From: an uncultured virus (IMG/VR IMGVR_UViG_3300025012_000065)
Lineage: Duplodnaviria > Heunggongvirae > Uroviricota > Caudoviricetes
DNA length: 64,000 bases
Direction: 5' to 3' (one strand)
IMG/VR virus record: IMGVR_UViG_3300025012_000065
Shown: positions 1-10,300 of the stretch, one piece after another
How positions within the stretch are numbered: position 1 is the first letter of the stretch
Layout of the letters: each line of letters opens with the position of its first letter
Position numbers and translations under genes: made by a program
Notes under the pieces: model-generated
Told to the model about the DNA's origin: nothing
The model's database searches: none
What the model saw: only the letters and a program-made list of their open reading frames with translations

Positions 1-8
1 ATAAGAGA

Positions 9-40
9 GGGGGGGTAGTTTTAGCGATGACCCCCCCCTA
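9..40. repeat. G-run/C-run inverted repeat near the window edge; possible genome-end/packaging-associated hairpin
   Basis: AGGGGGGGGT...ACCCCCCCCT, downstream of the last minus-strand gene. Confidence 0.4.
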
Positions 41-233
41 TGGTTATCTTTTAATTTAAATACAATTTCTATGAAAATAAGTAGAAACACTATGAAATTA
101 CATGTTTAACACCTCCTTTATTGACATCGGATATTTGGGATACCTTTAATGGACTTAGTTATGTGAGAACTACACCTCCTTTCTTGGTTATCGACCCAAT
201 AGCATGGGATGGGCTAGGCTTTAGTTAGCAAGA

Positions 234-473
234 TCAATCGTCTATTGATACTCGTATATGCTGCCCGGATGCATTCTCCATAACAATCTCATCAATTGCG
301 GCTTCAATAGCATCTGATTCATCTTGTGGGCTTAGTGACTCCGAAGTCTTGGTAATCCTAGCTAAGAGAGAACATGAGTAATAACCTTTGTCTTCGTCAA
401 AAGCAAGCCATTCATCGTATTGTGTGAATGGATCGAATGGATTATCGGTTGTTGTTAGCATAGATTGTGCCAT
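234..473 (-). CDS. small acidic hypothetical protein, directly downstream of the putative RNA polymerase gene
   Basis: 79-aa ORF with AGGAGA RBS; LTTTDNPFDPFTQYDEW N-terminus. Confidence 0.75.
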   Translation of the reverse strand: MAQSMLTTTDNPFDPFTQYDEWLAFDEDKGYYSCSLLARITKTSESLSPQDESDAIEAAIDEIVMENASGQHIRVSIDD

Positions 474-489
474 AACATCTTCTCCTTAT

Positions 490-3354
490 CTATTCCATGA
501 CTTTAGCTATGGTACTAGTAGAGATACCAAGAGACTCAGCAATTTCTGCTTGAGTGTATCCAGCCGCAACCTTTCTCTTAATCGAAGCTATCTTAGATGC
601 GGTTAGTACTTTAGCAGACCTAGGTGTTGCTAACACCTTAACTTTATCAATGTTAGTATTGCTAAGTATTTGAGATACTACGTTAGCACTTAATGCTCCT
701 GCTTGTATAGCAGCCCATTCTCTATCAGAGATAGTTATAGGCTCTTTCTTAGCCCCTACTCTAACTCTAGCTGCGGCTAATGATTGACCTTTCAGCTTCT
801 TTAGCTCAGCATTATCCATGTATGGATTAGATTCCTTCTTCGCAGCTATAACAGAATTGGCTGATAACTGGGCTTGTCTCTCCATTGGTTTGTTCATTAG
901 AGCGGTGTTTAATTGTCCTAAAAGAGAGCGCACCTCAGGTTCGTATACTTTTTTAGCAGAGGGGGACATAAGTGGGGGTTTAATGTTAAGGGAGACCTTT
1001 CTTGATTGGTTGGCTAAAGCCTTTAATTTATTGGCGTGGGTGGCATATACGGTTTCCATAGGTGTTCCCGATGATAAGTCGAAGGCATCCTTCGCTTCTG
1101 CCATCTTAGTGGATGATGTCGTACGTTGAACTAATTTTCCTTTCTTGTCAGTATATGTTGCAAGGTTTACTAGGTTACCTTTCTTATCGAGGTATGTGCC
1201 CTTTATGTCCTCGTATACTATGGCTCCAGTATTAGGATCATCTTTAAGGCGTTTTCTGATATTGGGTCGTACTTCTGATGACGCTCTAGATATTAGAGTG
1301 GCGGCGCCACTTCTTGAACTACCTTGATATTTTTTCTTTAGAGCACCGATTTGGTTCTCAGCATAAGATGTTTTATAATCCAAACTATGCTTTTGCGAAT
1401 CAATAACGACCATAGAATGTCTTACTGCACGAGCTATTTCTTCACCAGTAGGAACTGCCCCTTTAATAGTCATATCAGTAATCAGATTGGATATGTCTCC
1501 CATTTTCATCTGCATAGTTTGATTTTTAGGCTTTTGGCCTTCAGCAAATTCAGCTTTACCGGTCTTGGCATTAAATATACCACCATCAATGGTTGGCATA
1601 CCGTCATACCCTTTATATTGCACCTTAGGATCGAAATCGACTAAACCTTTTAATGATGCTGCAGTTTTAATTCCGCCATTGTTATTTGGTATAACTAATA
1701 CAGCATCACCATCAAAATCTGCTCCTGATAGTTTTTCTGCGACCTTTGGGTGTATCCCAATAGCATCCTTTGCTGTTCCCGTTTTATCACTAAGAATTTG
1801 CTTAGCATCCTTATTGCGATTATTAACGGTTAGTTCCGGTATTTCAAATATACCACCATGAGGATATCGAATTAACACTACTTTTTCACCATCATTATAG
1901 TTGGGCGCATACACTTCATTTTCTTTAATGGAAGTAAATGGCAGTAATACATGCCAACTAGTTCGAGGTAAGGCCGCTGACTTAAGATGCACCGCTGAGG
2001 AATCACAATCATCAGCGAATGAGTCCATTAAGCGTTTTTTCACTAATGGATTAGTTAGAGATACTATCTCATCAAACGCTTGTTTCTTTTGCTCAAAAGC
2101 TAATTTTAATTGTTTCTCAGCTAATGCGGGTGCTTGTTTGGATAACATTTGAGAGGATAGACTTTTAGACCACTTATCTCTCCACTCACCCTCTTCATTT
2201 ACAACGTTTAAGGCTTTAACTGTTACTGCCTTACGAACTATGTCTTCTGACACATTCAGTTTTTCGGCTATCTGAGAATAAGACATATCGCCCTTAGTTT
2301 TCAAGTCAAACATTTGGGCAGAGTCTTTGATCTTTAATCCAGCATCAGTAATATAATGTTGTTGTCTTACATTAGCCCCAAATGGATTATCGGGATCAAT
2401 TACCCCATCTTTGTCTGTTTTCATTTCTTTAAATACTTTTTCTTTAGGTGTTCCTACCGCCTTATTGGTATTGTAGATTATATCAACACCTTTTGGCAAA
2501 TTGTCAGTATACATAGCCATACCCTTTAAATAATGGGTATCATCTACTCCTATACGGACTTGCATATACTTAGCATTCCCCATTGACAGATCGGAAACAC
2601 CACGACGAAGTTCGATCACGCCATCCTTATCTGATCCACCCTCAGGACCGTACCTTATTTGTATACGGTTCGAGTTAACGCTCTGTATTGGTTCTAAGCC
2701 AAGAAACGTTTTACCATTATCATTGGTATGATCTGTGATCATCTTTATTTGGTCTTTATTTTGGACCACATCAATATAACTAGTCCCCGGTTTAGCTAGA
2801 ACCATAATCCTTGTTTTTTTACTAGTTCCTAACTGATCGACAAGAACGTTATGAACTGAATATCCCTCTTCTTCTAGCATAGCAAGTGAATTTTTTAATT
2901 TAGTTCTACTAATACCAATATGACGCTCAACGCCAAGCCCAACGTCAATATAACCTTTTTTATCAACGCTAGCTTTTAACATTTTAGCTGTAGAATCAGC
3001 TTCCTCAGAACGAGTTTGAATAGCCGAATCTAATAGCGATCTAACTGACGATTCGTTACGACCACCCATCCGTTTGCCAATCTCGACATTAGAATATCCT
3101 TTCGCTTTGAGTCTATTAGCGTGGATGGTGTCTATCTTACGCTGTTCGGCTTTTATTAACGATCTTCTAATTCGTAACTGAGTGGTGTTCATACCTTCAC
3201 CTTTGGCAATATCAACATCACTCATTCCTTGTTTCTTTAAGGCGTTGATTCGCCCAATGAAATCAGGATCTCGTTGTTGTGGGTTTTCACCAGAGCCCCA
3301 CTCATAACGACCTGAGTGTCGCTTAGTGCCATAGTGTTTTATTTCATCAGTCAT
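490..3354 (-). CDS. putative single-chain two-barrel (YonO/RdRP-like) RNA polymerase with multiple HTH motifs
   Basis: LSGADFDGD (DxDGD metal-binding motif) preceded by RYPHGG..E.P; HTH-like segments MSDVDIAKGEGM, YSNVEIGKRMG..ESSVRSLL, MSYSQIAEKLNVSEDIVRK, YTQAEIAESLGISTSTIAK. Confidence 0.75.
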   Translation of the reverse strand: MTDEIKHYGTKRHSGRYEWGSGENPQQRDPDFIGRINALKKQGMSDVDIAKGEGMNTTQLRIRRSLIKAEQRKIDTIHANRLKAKGYSNVEIGKRMGGRNESSVRSLLDSAIQTRSEEADSTAKMLKASVDKKGYIDVGLGVERHIGISRTKLKNSLAMLEEEGYSVHNVLVDQLGTSKKTRIMVLAKPGTSYIDVVQNKDQIKMITDHTNDNGKTFLGLEPIQSVNSNRIQIRYGPEGGSDKDGVIELRRGVSDLSMGNAKYMQVRIGVDDTHYLKGMAMYTDNLPKGVDIIYNTNKAVGTPKEKVFKEMKTDKDGVIDPDNPFGANVRQQHYITDAGLKIKDSAQMFDLKTKGDMSYSQIAEKLNVSEDIVRKAVTVKALNVVNEEGEWRDKWSKSLSSQMLSKQAPALAEKQLKLAFEQKKQAFDEIVSLTNPLVKKRLMDSFADDCDSSAVHLKSAALPRTSWHVLLPFTSIKENEVYAPNYNDGEKVVLIRYPHGGIFEIPELTVNNRNKDAKQILSDKTGTAKDAIGIHPKVAEKLSGADFDGDAVLVIPNNNGGIKTAASLKGLVDFDPKVQYKGYDGMPTIDGGIFNAKTGKAEFAEGQKPKNQTMQMKMGDISNLITDMTIKGAVPTGEEIARAVRHSMVVIDSQKHSLDYKTSYAENQIGALKKKYQGSSRSGAATLISRASSEVRPNIRKRLKDDPNTGAIVYEDIKGTYLDKKGNLVNLATYTDKKGKLVQRTTSSTKMAEAKDAFDLSSGTPMETVYATHANKLKALANQSRKVSLNIKPPLMSPSAKKVYEPEVRSLLGQLNTALMNKPMERQAQLSANSVIAAKKESNPYMDNAELKKLKGQSLAAARVRVGAKKEPITISDREWAAIQAGALSANVVSQILSNTNIDKVKVLATPRSAKVLTASKIASIKRKVAAGYTQAEIAESLGISTSTIAKVME

Positions 3355-3356
3355 AA

Positions 3357-3911
3357 TTACTCTCCCATCTTAAGCTTATCAAGTTCCTTATCGAATATGA
3401 TAATTTTCTCCATTACATTAAGGATGTCTTGAGTAGGCGGTGTGTGAATGAGTATTTCATCACATTGATAGAGTCTCAGTTCAATCTCAATAGTATTCGG
3501 ATCAACATCATACTCTAAGCAAAATAAGGCGGTATATATTTCGAGTTGATGCATCGATGTGGGGGATACTCCGGTTTTTAAATCATGAATCCTCAGGCGA
3601 TTTTGTCTGAAGGATATGGCATCAGCAGTACCAAAACAGTTCTCTGAATATTTCAACCGTTGTTCGATGTCCATCTTAAATCCAATAGCGTCATTAATAT
3701 ACATATTCAGTGTGCTTTTATTTTTAGGTAGTTTAATGCCTAAGGCTATAGACTCTGCAGCAAAAGCATGCAGTCTGGTTCCACGTTGAGTTGCCAAAAA
3801 TTTAATATACGACGTCGTCAGTTTTTCAACGTCATAATTTATCCAATGGTATTTACTAGCACTTAGAAACGCGTGACGACCTTCGAGATCTGAATGCTTG
3901 TTGAAGTTCAT
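3357..3911 (-). CDS. PD-(D/E)XK exonuclease-like protein (DUF2800/Cas4-like fold)
   Basis: HAFLSAS, GTRLH, EQRL, GTADAI, IHDLKTG, QLEIY motifs. Confidence 0.7.
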   Translation of the reverse strand: MNFNKHSDLEGRHAFLSASKYHWINYDVEKLTTSYIKFLATQRGTRLHAFAAESIALGIKLPKNKSTLNMYINDAIGFKMDIEQRLKYSENCFGTADAISFRQNRLRIHDLKTGVSPTSMHQLEIYTALFCLEYDVDPNTIEIELRLYQCDEILIHTPPTQDILNVMEKIIIFDKELDKLKMGE

Positions 3912-4173
3912 CTAGAACCTCCTTCTTTATTTCCGGATAAATAACACTAGCATATGACATACGACCAAGCGTCTCAAGATAGTACTCTTGGTTCGGTTGA
4001 TATGATGCATACTTATCGCGTTTACATTCTAGGACGGCCCATCTATCATTAAATAGGATTAATAGATCAGGAAAGCCTTGAATATAGTTAGCATCGTTTT
4101 TTAAAATTACACATCCTATAAACATCAAATTAAGCTCTTTTATTAACTTACTCTGGAATGCACTCTCTAACAT
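3856..4173 (-). CDS. VRR-NUC domain nuclease
   Basis: ESAFQ...GFPDLLIL...VLECKR...PNQ pattern. Confidence 0.75.
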   Translation of the reverse strand: MLESAFQSKLIKELNLMFIGCVILKNDANYIQGFPDLLILFNDRWAVLECKRDKYASYQPNQEYYLETLGRMSYASVIYPEIKKEVLDELQQAFRSRRSSRVSKC

Positions 4174-4174
4174 A

Positions 4175-4411
4175 TCAAACGCCAGGTTCGGTAGCTTCTG
4201 ATGAGTTACTAACGCTTGGCTGAACCGTGTACTTTGAGAATATAGTCAACTTATCGGTTGGTGCGGCATAAGGATGTGCTAAGTTAGCAGGGACTGTACA
4301 TACAAATACCCAACCTCTAGACGTGAAATCGTATATGGTTGACGGATCTACATAACCATTAGTTATAATTGAATCTATTTCTAGCATTACATTCTCCCTC
4401 TCATAATTCAA
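4175..4411 (-). CDS. hypothetical protein
   Basis: ORF co-oriented and tightly packed in the operon. Confidence 0.55.
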   Translation of the reverse strand: MNYERENVMLEIDSIITNGYVDPSTIYDFTSRGWVFVCTVPANLAHPYAAPTDKLTIFSKYTVQPSVSNSSEATEPGV

Positions 4412-4468
4412 TTCTTAGCTAAAAATAAAAGAGAAGGTTAAATACGATCATATTCTATCCTTCCTTCT

Positions 4469-4494
4469 ATTATAGTGCGTGTTTTGCGCGCGAG
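4469..4494 (-). promoter_or_regulatory. isolated copy of the phage promoter motif, upstream of the nuclease/RNAP operon
   Basis: minus strand CTCGCG-cgcaaaacacgcac-TATAAT (14-nt spacer). Confidence 0.75.
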
Positions 4495-4514
4495 GTAAAA
4501 ATAGTATGTGTCTG

Positions 4515-4874
4515 TTAAACGCGGTCTATTATTTTACCGCCCATATCTAACCAGTCGTCGATAGCTTCGTCATCAATAGCATCCCTGTAAACTATAGTTT
4601 GTTCATCATTAGCAAACACAGGCAGACCATTTGCATACAGTACATTTTCATCATTATAATGAGCTCGCAAAGGATCAGTATCTTCTAGCGTAGGAAAATC
4701 TTCAGTATGACTATCCGTAAGTGTCTCGGAATTTCTAACCATCATAAGTTCCTTACTTAATCCCAATACCACAACTGTCACAACTACTCCAAGAACGACT
4801 TTACCAATAAATGTTATAGTTTTCTTATTGGTTTTAACAAATGTTTTAATTTTATTTTTCATAATATTAACCAC
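4515..4874 (-). CDS. single-pass membrane protein
   Basis: basic N-terminus, hydrophobic stretch FIGKVVLGVVVTVVVLGL, acidic tail. Confidence 0.65.
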   Translation of the reverse strand: MVNIMKNKIKTFVKTNKKTITFIGKVVLGVVVTVVVLGLSKELMMVRNSETLTDSHTEDFPTLEDTDPLRAHYNDENVLYANGLPVFANDEQTIVYRDAIDDEAIDDWLDMGGKIIDRV

Positions 4875-4883
4875 CTTTCAAAT

Positions 4884-6110
4884 TTAGACATTTGCAAACG
4901 TTTGAATATTAAAATTCTTCTTAGCCTTAATAGCCTTAACAATTGAAATATCAATAGCCGAATTAGACCGAACATGATAGTAATATAGATCCGAGAATGG
5001 ACTATTTAATCTGTCAATTCTGCCTGCAGCTTGCACCATGATCTTATAGGAGTAGTTTTGGGAGTAGAATATAATGGTGTCAGTGTCCACACAATTCCAA
5101 CCTTCAGCACCAGCCGTGTATTGGACCAAATAAGCCCACCTATCACCTTTAGGTATAGATTGGTGCTTATGACCATTCCACTCGCTTATAGGCAATCCTA
5201 GAGTGTCTGAGAGGGTTCTGAGTATATCTAGCTCATAGTTGAAGTTGTAGAATATGATTACCTTAGGATGATTGTTAATTATCCTCTCTACTGCCTCGAG
5301 TCTGGCTGGGTCAAGATTTACTACTTTACGCAGTAGGTAGCATAATTCTCCAATAGCTTTCACAGGTCTATTCTCAAATATGTTCCACCTTTCAACCATA
5401 ACCTTATTGAATACTTCTTTATCAAAATCTACAACTATACTCTTATCGTGAGCGATGGTATGTTTCGCATATGCCATAGTAACTGTTATTTGATCTCGCA
5501 ATTTAAGTAGATGTCCACATTCAATAAATTTCTCAATCTTAGGATACTTGGTGAATCGGTTGTATACAGCATGTCGACGAAGAAACTCAGTACGATTCTT
5601 ATAGAAACGATTTGCTACAAACACCGGAATATAATCCGTCCAGGTATCACCAGGTGTTGCGCTTAATAAGATCCACGAATTGTACTTCTTTACGATTTTC
5701 AAAAATGACTTTACCCATGCCCCAGATCCAACAAGTCTTTGCTCATCAAAGATTATAAACGCATTCTTAACGCCGATATACTTGGATATGTTGTTCCAAG
5801 AATCAACAACGACCTTTACTCCACTAATACTAAATTCGGGATTAGAAAATAACATAAATGGAGCACATTCTTTTTCCCATTCAAGGCTATCCCTTTTTTT
5901 AGCAGTAGTTATAATATATAGATCTTTTGGTTTTTTCATTGGAAGCGATGGACCTTTACCATTAGTCTTGATCTTTCCGCCACAAGCCTTGAGAAAATAA
6001 TAGGCTATGGCAGTTCGGGATTTTCCAGAGCCTACTCCTCCACAGAGTATTGAACCAGACTTTAATTCTTCTATGGCTTTCCTCTGATACTCACATAACT
6101 CAATAGCCAT
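4884..6110 (-). CDS. superfamily 2 (SNF2/DEAD-like) helicase
   Basis: GGVGSGKS Walker A, IIFDEQ, LSATP, QAAGRIDR motif VI. Confidence 0.85.
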   Translation of the reverse strand: MAIELCEYQRKAIEELKSGSILCGGVGSGKSRTAIAYYFLKACGGKIKTNGKGPSLPMKKPKDLYIITTAKKRDSLEWEKECAPFMLFSNPEFSISGVKVVVDSWNNISKYIGVKNAFIIFDEQRLVGSGAWVKSFLKIVKKYNSWILLSATPGDTWTDYIPVFVANRFYKNRTEFLRRHAVYNRFTKYPKIEKFIECGHLLKLRDQITVTMAYAKHTIAHDKSIVVDFDKEVFNKVMVERWNIFENRPVKAIGELCYLLRKVVNLDPARLEAVERIINNHPKVIIFYNFNYELDILRTLSDTLGLPISEWNGHKHQSIPKGDRWAYLVQYTAGAEGWNCVDTDTIIFYSQNYSYKIMVQAAGRIDRLNSPFSDLYYYHVRSNSAIDISIVKAIKAKKNFNIQTFANV

Positions 6111-6166
6111 AGACTAATCTCCTTTCAATAAAATGCCCGTCAAGCCGATAGCACAGCTTACCTAGA

Positions 6167-6748
6167 TTAATCGTGATTGTGATCGCAACTACCATCACAG
6201 GTTTCGCAGTTACCACAACCACCAATGGTAGAGGCCGCACTAACCGGCACATCATTATACTTGTGCTCGAACTCATCCTCCACGATTACCACTCGCATGG
6301 TTTTGATATAAGCTTTTACACCACTTTTTGCATTCTTTGTTCCTTCATGCATAGACCAATTATATGGTCGGATAGCCAAATCGACAAGTGGCAAATATAC
6401 CTTCTTACCGTCAACTATTTGTTCCTCATTAGCAATCTCAACCCAGTCCAACATGCTGACCGAATCAGCATCAAGAAGACTCTTACCTCTACTTGAAACT
6501 ATCGTAATCTTTGGTGGCACATTATCATAGCTAACAGCCACCGACATGTACCCTTGTTTTTCTTCATACTCATCTTTTGGATCGAGCCAACGAACATTCC
6601 AGCCATCCTGTTCTAGCGCAGTGGCAACATCAAAGTCCAGAAATACGCAAAAATTTCTGCGTCCTGCAGGATTGAATTTTCCCTCTTTACCAGCAAAGTT
6701 ACGAAATGCAATACGAGCGTTTTCGATTATAATGTTATTCTTAATCAT
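6167..6748 (-). CDS. putative single-stranded DNA-binding protein
   Basis: IENARIAFRNFAGK..FN...RNFCV N-terminus, acidic C-terminal part, position between polymerase and helicase. Confidence 0.6.
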   Translation of the reverse strand: MIKNNIIIENARIAFRNFAGKEGKFNPAGRRNFCVFLDFDVATALEQDGWNVRWLDPKDEYEEKQGYMSVAVSYDNVPPKITIVSSRGKSLLDADSVSMLDWVEIANEEQIVDGKKVYLPLVDLAIRPYNWSMHEGTKNAKSGVKAYIKTMRVVIVEDEFEHKYNDVPVSAASTIGGCGNCETCDGSCDHNHD

Positions 6749-7038
6749 TAGTTTAACTCCTCTTCGTTATATTTAAATACGTATTTATCGGCTTTTTTTC
6801 TGGTCTCAACATTTATATCCTCAGTGGTTATACCATAAATATTAGCAATCATAGCTGAAGACATAGCAACATGTGCTAATTCTTCTTTCAGATTAGCTAA
6901 GGCCTCTGGTTTTCCTCGCTTAACTTTTGAACAGGCTTTTATGAGCTCTGCGCATTCCTCCTGAAGAATGTCAATCTGATCATCGTGATTGAACATTTTC
7001 AAACAACAAAATGTAAACTTCTCGGATATACCAAACAC
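6748..7038 (-). CDS. MazG-like NTP pyrophosphohydrolase
   Basis: QEECAELIKACSK...EELAHV helical motif. Confidence 0.65.
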   Translation of the reverse strand: MFGISEKFTFCCLKMFNHDDQIDILQEECAELIKACSKVKRGKPEALANLKEELAHVAMSSAMIANIYGITTEDINVETRKKADKYVFKYNEEELN

Positions 7039-7311
7039 GCTTAATCCACCATCCTTATCTACCTAGTAATATGGTACCACCAGGCACCAACAAACGGACT
7101 AGCAATAACACATAACCCTAAGATAATAACAATGATTCTCCTTATCACAATCTACCCACCTTTAAATATGGTATTAACAAATCACTACACTCTCTTCTAA
7201 GAAACGCAGAGGCCTCTCTAAGCTGTTGGACTTATATAGCAGTGCGATTATGCCCCATCTACCGCCACTACGCTTAAAACGGCCTTTACGGCTCTATTAG
7301 CCGATGACTTT

Positions 7312-10300
7312 TTAAATTGGAAGGTTCTCATACCCTAATTGGCATGTCCCAAGATTTGCCCCATCGAAATCTGGACAATTAAGACAACTTGTAAATTTAG
7401 TACTACCGCAAGGCAATACCGCATATCTAGAGGTATCGTCGGATATAAACCATTCATAGTCACCGAACTTTGAAATATCAGTTACTGCAGCATTAACCAA
7501 CCCCATATAATATGAGTGCGAGACCGCGTCTTGTTTCCCAAGGACTTTTACAACCTCCGATTCTAGCCATCTATAACCCTTGGTGCCACTAGCAGCATTA
7601 TACTTTCCATCTTTTTCCCTGAGTAATATACCACCACCATGCCCAATTTGAATTGGACAGAACGATCCTACTTTTCCTACGAAGTGATAATTGTGCTCAT
7701 CTTCTGGTAGGTTCTCATTCATGTCAAGATATAAAGCAGTGGTTACCGATTTGGTTTCGCATGTATCTTCGAACTCGATAGGCTCTCTACTGAATAATGT
7801 CTTGAATACGTATGGCTGTGAGAATTGTGCTCCGGTAGTTGTCCATGTACCAGCATCTCTACCATTGATTTTTTCATCCTGACTATATTTAGCAACATAC
7901 ACAGCATTGTTTACTAAGCATAATTTTTCATAGGTGTTTTCATGCTCAAAATCATACCCATATTTTTTACCGAATTGCATAACAAATTCAATAATTTCTG
8001 GAGTAGCTTCGGGTATCTTGATGGAGTCAGTCTTAATATGGGCTGCTTGAAACCCTCGCTCTTGAACTGCGAACATGAGATCGACCATGAACAGTGCGCC
8101 ACGTTTAGCAATAATGTTGTCAATGTTACGAGGGTCTTTAAATGGATTATCAAATCTAGCGAACGTTAATCCATATGCCGCGTTAAGGGCCGTCTTTAAC
8201 CCATTTGATACGTCCTTTAAAGTAAATTTTGGGTTATCGCTTTGTGAGTCTTTTATAAATGGAATAATTCTACCATCTAGAAGAGTCTTTAAGGTTTCAA
8301 GATCTTTATGTTTGATGGCAATTCGAGCCTGCTTTAATTCGCTATACTTCTTAGTATATGGTCCTAGATAGTTTAACGCCTCAATAGTACTTGGGTGCAT
8401 TGCCCCGACATCAATTACCGGAACATTAGCGTACATTCCGGGTTCCCCATGAACAAAACCGCCTTCACCAACCTCAATCCCACGGTAGGTACTTTTACCA
8501 TTCTCAAATTTATATCCAGGAAACATAACGCTCAAGTCAGTATATACCAATTCGTTCTGAGGTTTCCCATTAGTGCCGAATACGATTTTGGTGGTGTGAG
8601 TGTTGGTTGTATCGTTTACAGTTAATCCACTTAGCTCTGCAAGGATTTGTCTCGCTGCCCAGTCCCCCGATAAATGATTGAACGTTGTTTCGGTTGCCAT
8701 AACATCATTTATACAGTAGTCTGCTACTTTTATCCATAAACTTGGATCTACTGGTTTATCCCAGGGTAGTCCTAACTCATGATGATGAATTCCTAGTTTT
8801 ATCTCCCATTTTTTCAGACTCATTTTGTTCTGTGCGGATGCAAAGTCATATACATCGGTGTAGGATATACCATAGGCTTCTGAAAACATACAATTAGCAC
8901 TGCCACTTATGATCCGCTGACTAAGGGTATACAATTGTGCATTATCATAACCAATGTATGCCGCATACAACATATGGTTATCATACCTTCGACAGTTGAA
9001 ACCAACCAACTTAAAGTTTAGTATCGATTCAATATCGGCCGGAGTTGGATTAATCATTCTTACGGGGTCTCTACCCACTGCTTTCCATACAACAACGAAT
9101 AGATTAGGAAATACCTCGACATCAAAGAATACTAAACCATCGCTAATATAGTCTGAACTTGGTATGCTAGCCTCCTCGGATTTAAACTTAATTTTACTTA
9201 CTAACTTGACGCAATAATCCGATTGGTTATTGCTGTTATTAGCAAATGCTAAAACACTAGGTCTCATATCAGTAACGTCATATGCTAACCCTGATGAATA
9301 TGCGTCCTCAAGTATCTTTTGAATGAAGTCTAGACTTGGTTTCGTGCTTGGATGTATCTCTTTCTTCAGATTACGCTTTATTAAAGCGCGTAGCCCCTTC
9401 TCGCTTTTGACAGCATCAAAGTTTATCATGACTTCCTCCTTTAGGGGTAATCCAGAGTTTATAGTTGCTACCGGTATGTTATTGCAAGTACTAAGTTTTC
9501 TACGTAAAGAGCTGTTACCCGTAAATACTTTGACCTCCACATCATCCGAATATATTCGGCTAAGTTTAGTTACATCACCATCATATATATAGTGCAGGTG
9601 TAGTCCGTTACCACTCTTACTGAGTTCAGTATACGTGGCGGGCCACTTACTAGCTGTATCAATATTTTTAGATAGTGACTTGGTCCCTGTTTCATCCTTT
9701 AAATCAAAGTCAATAACAATATGATTGTCTGGGACTTTAACATAATGGACCTGATGTGTATCTAACTTATTTAATTTAGTTCTTACTTCTGACCATTTAG
9801 CAATTGGCGTCCCTTGATCGTTTGCATATTGTGCTGGACACTTAGCACACATAGTATCAAATATGGACTCAGTACAATCTATTAATAATGAGTTTGGAGG
9901 TTCCTCTTTGACTGGGGGTACAATTTTTAGTTTATCCCCTAGAAACCCAGAATAGTAACTTCTAACTTGCAATCCAGCAACGCGCATAACTTCAGAGAAT
10001 GTTTTAAAATAACTTCTCAGTTCCTCCCTAAATTTATGACGTGGGGCTTTATACTCGATTAAAGCTTCATCACAATATGTTTTATACATTGCATATGCTT
10101 GTGCTAACGAGACCCCGTCTTGCTCTTTAAAAATATCATAATTACATTCCACAAAATTATAAAATATGTCGGTTTGCATCATCATATCAATTGGACGATA
10201 TGATGAATAGTAATTCTTACCTAAGTCCCTATAAACATCAAGACAATGTTTAGCTATGGCTCCAAGCTCAAAGTCTATTTGGGACATTAGGATTTGATAT

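Noticed and set aside
3357..3911. CRISPR-associated Cas4
   Set aside because: No Fe-S cysteine pattern or cas context; it sits in a replication/recombination module
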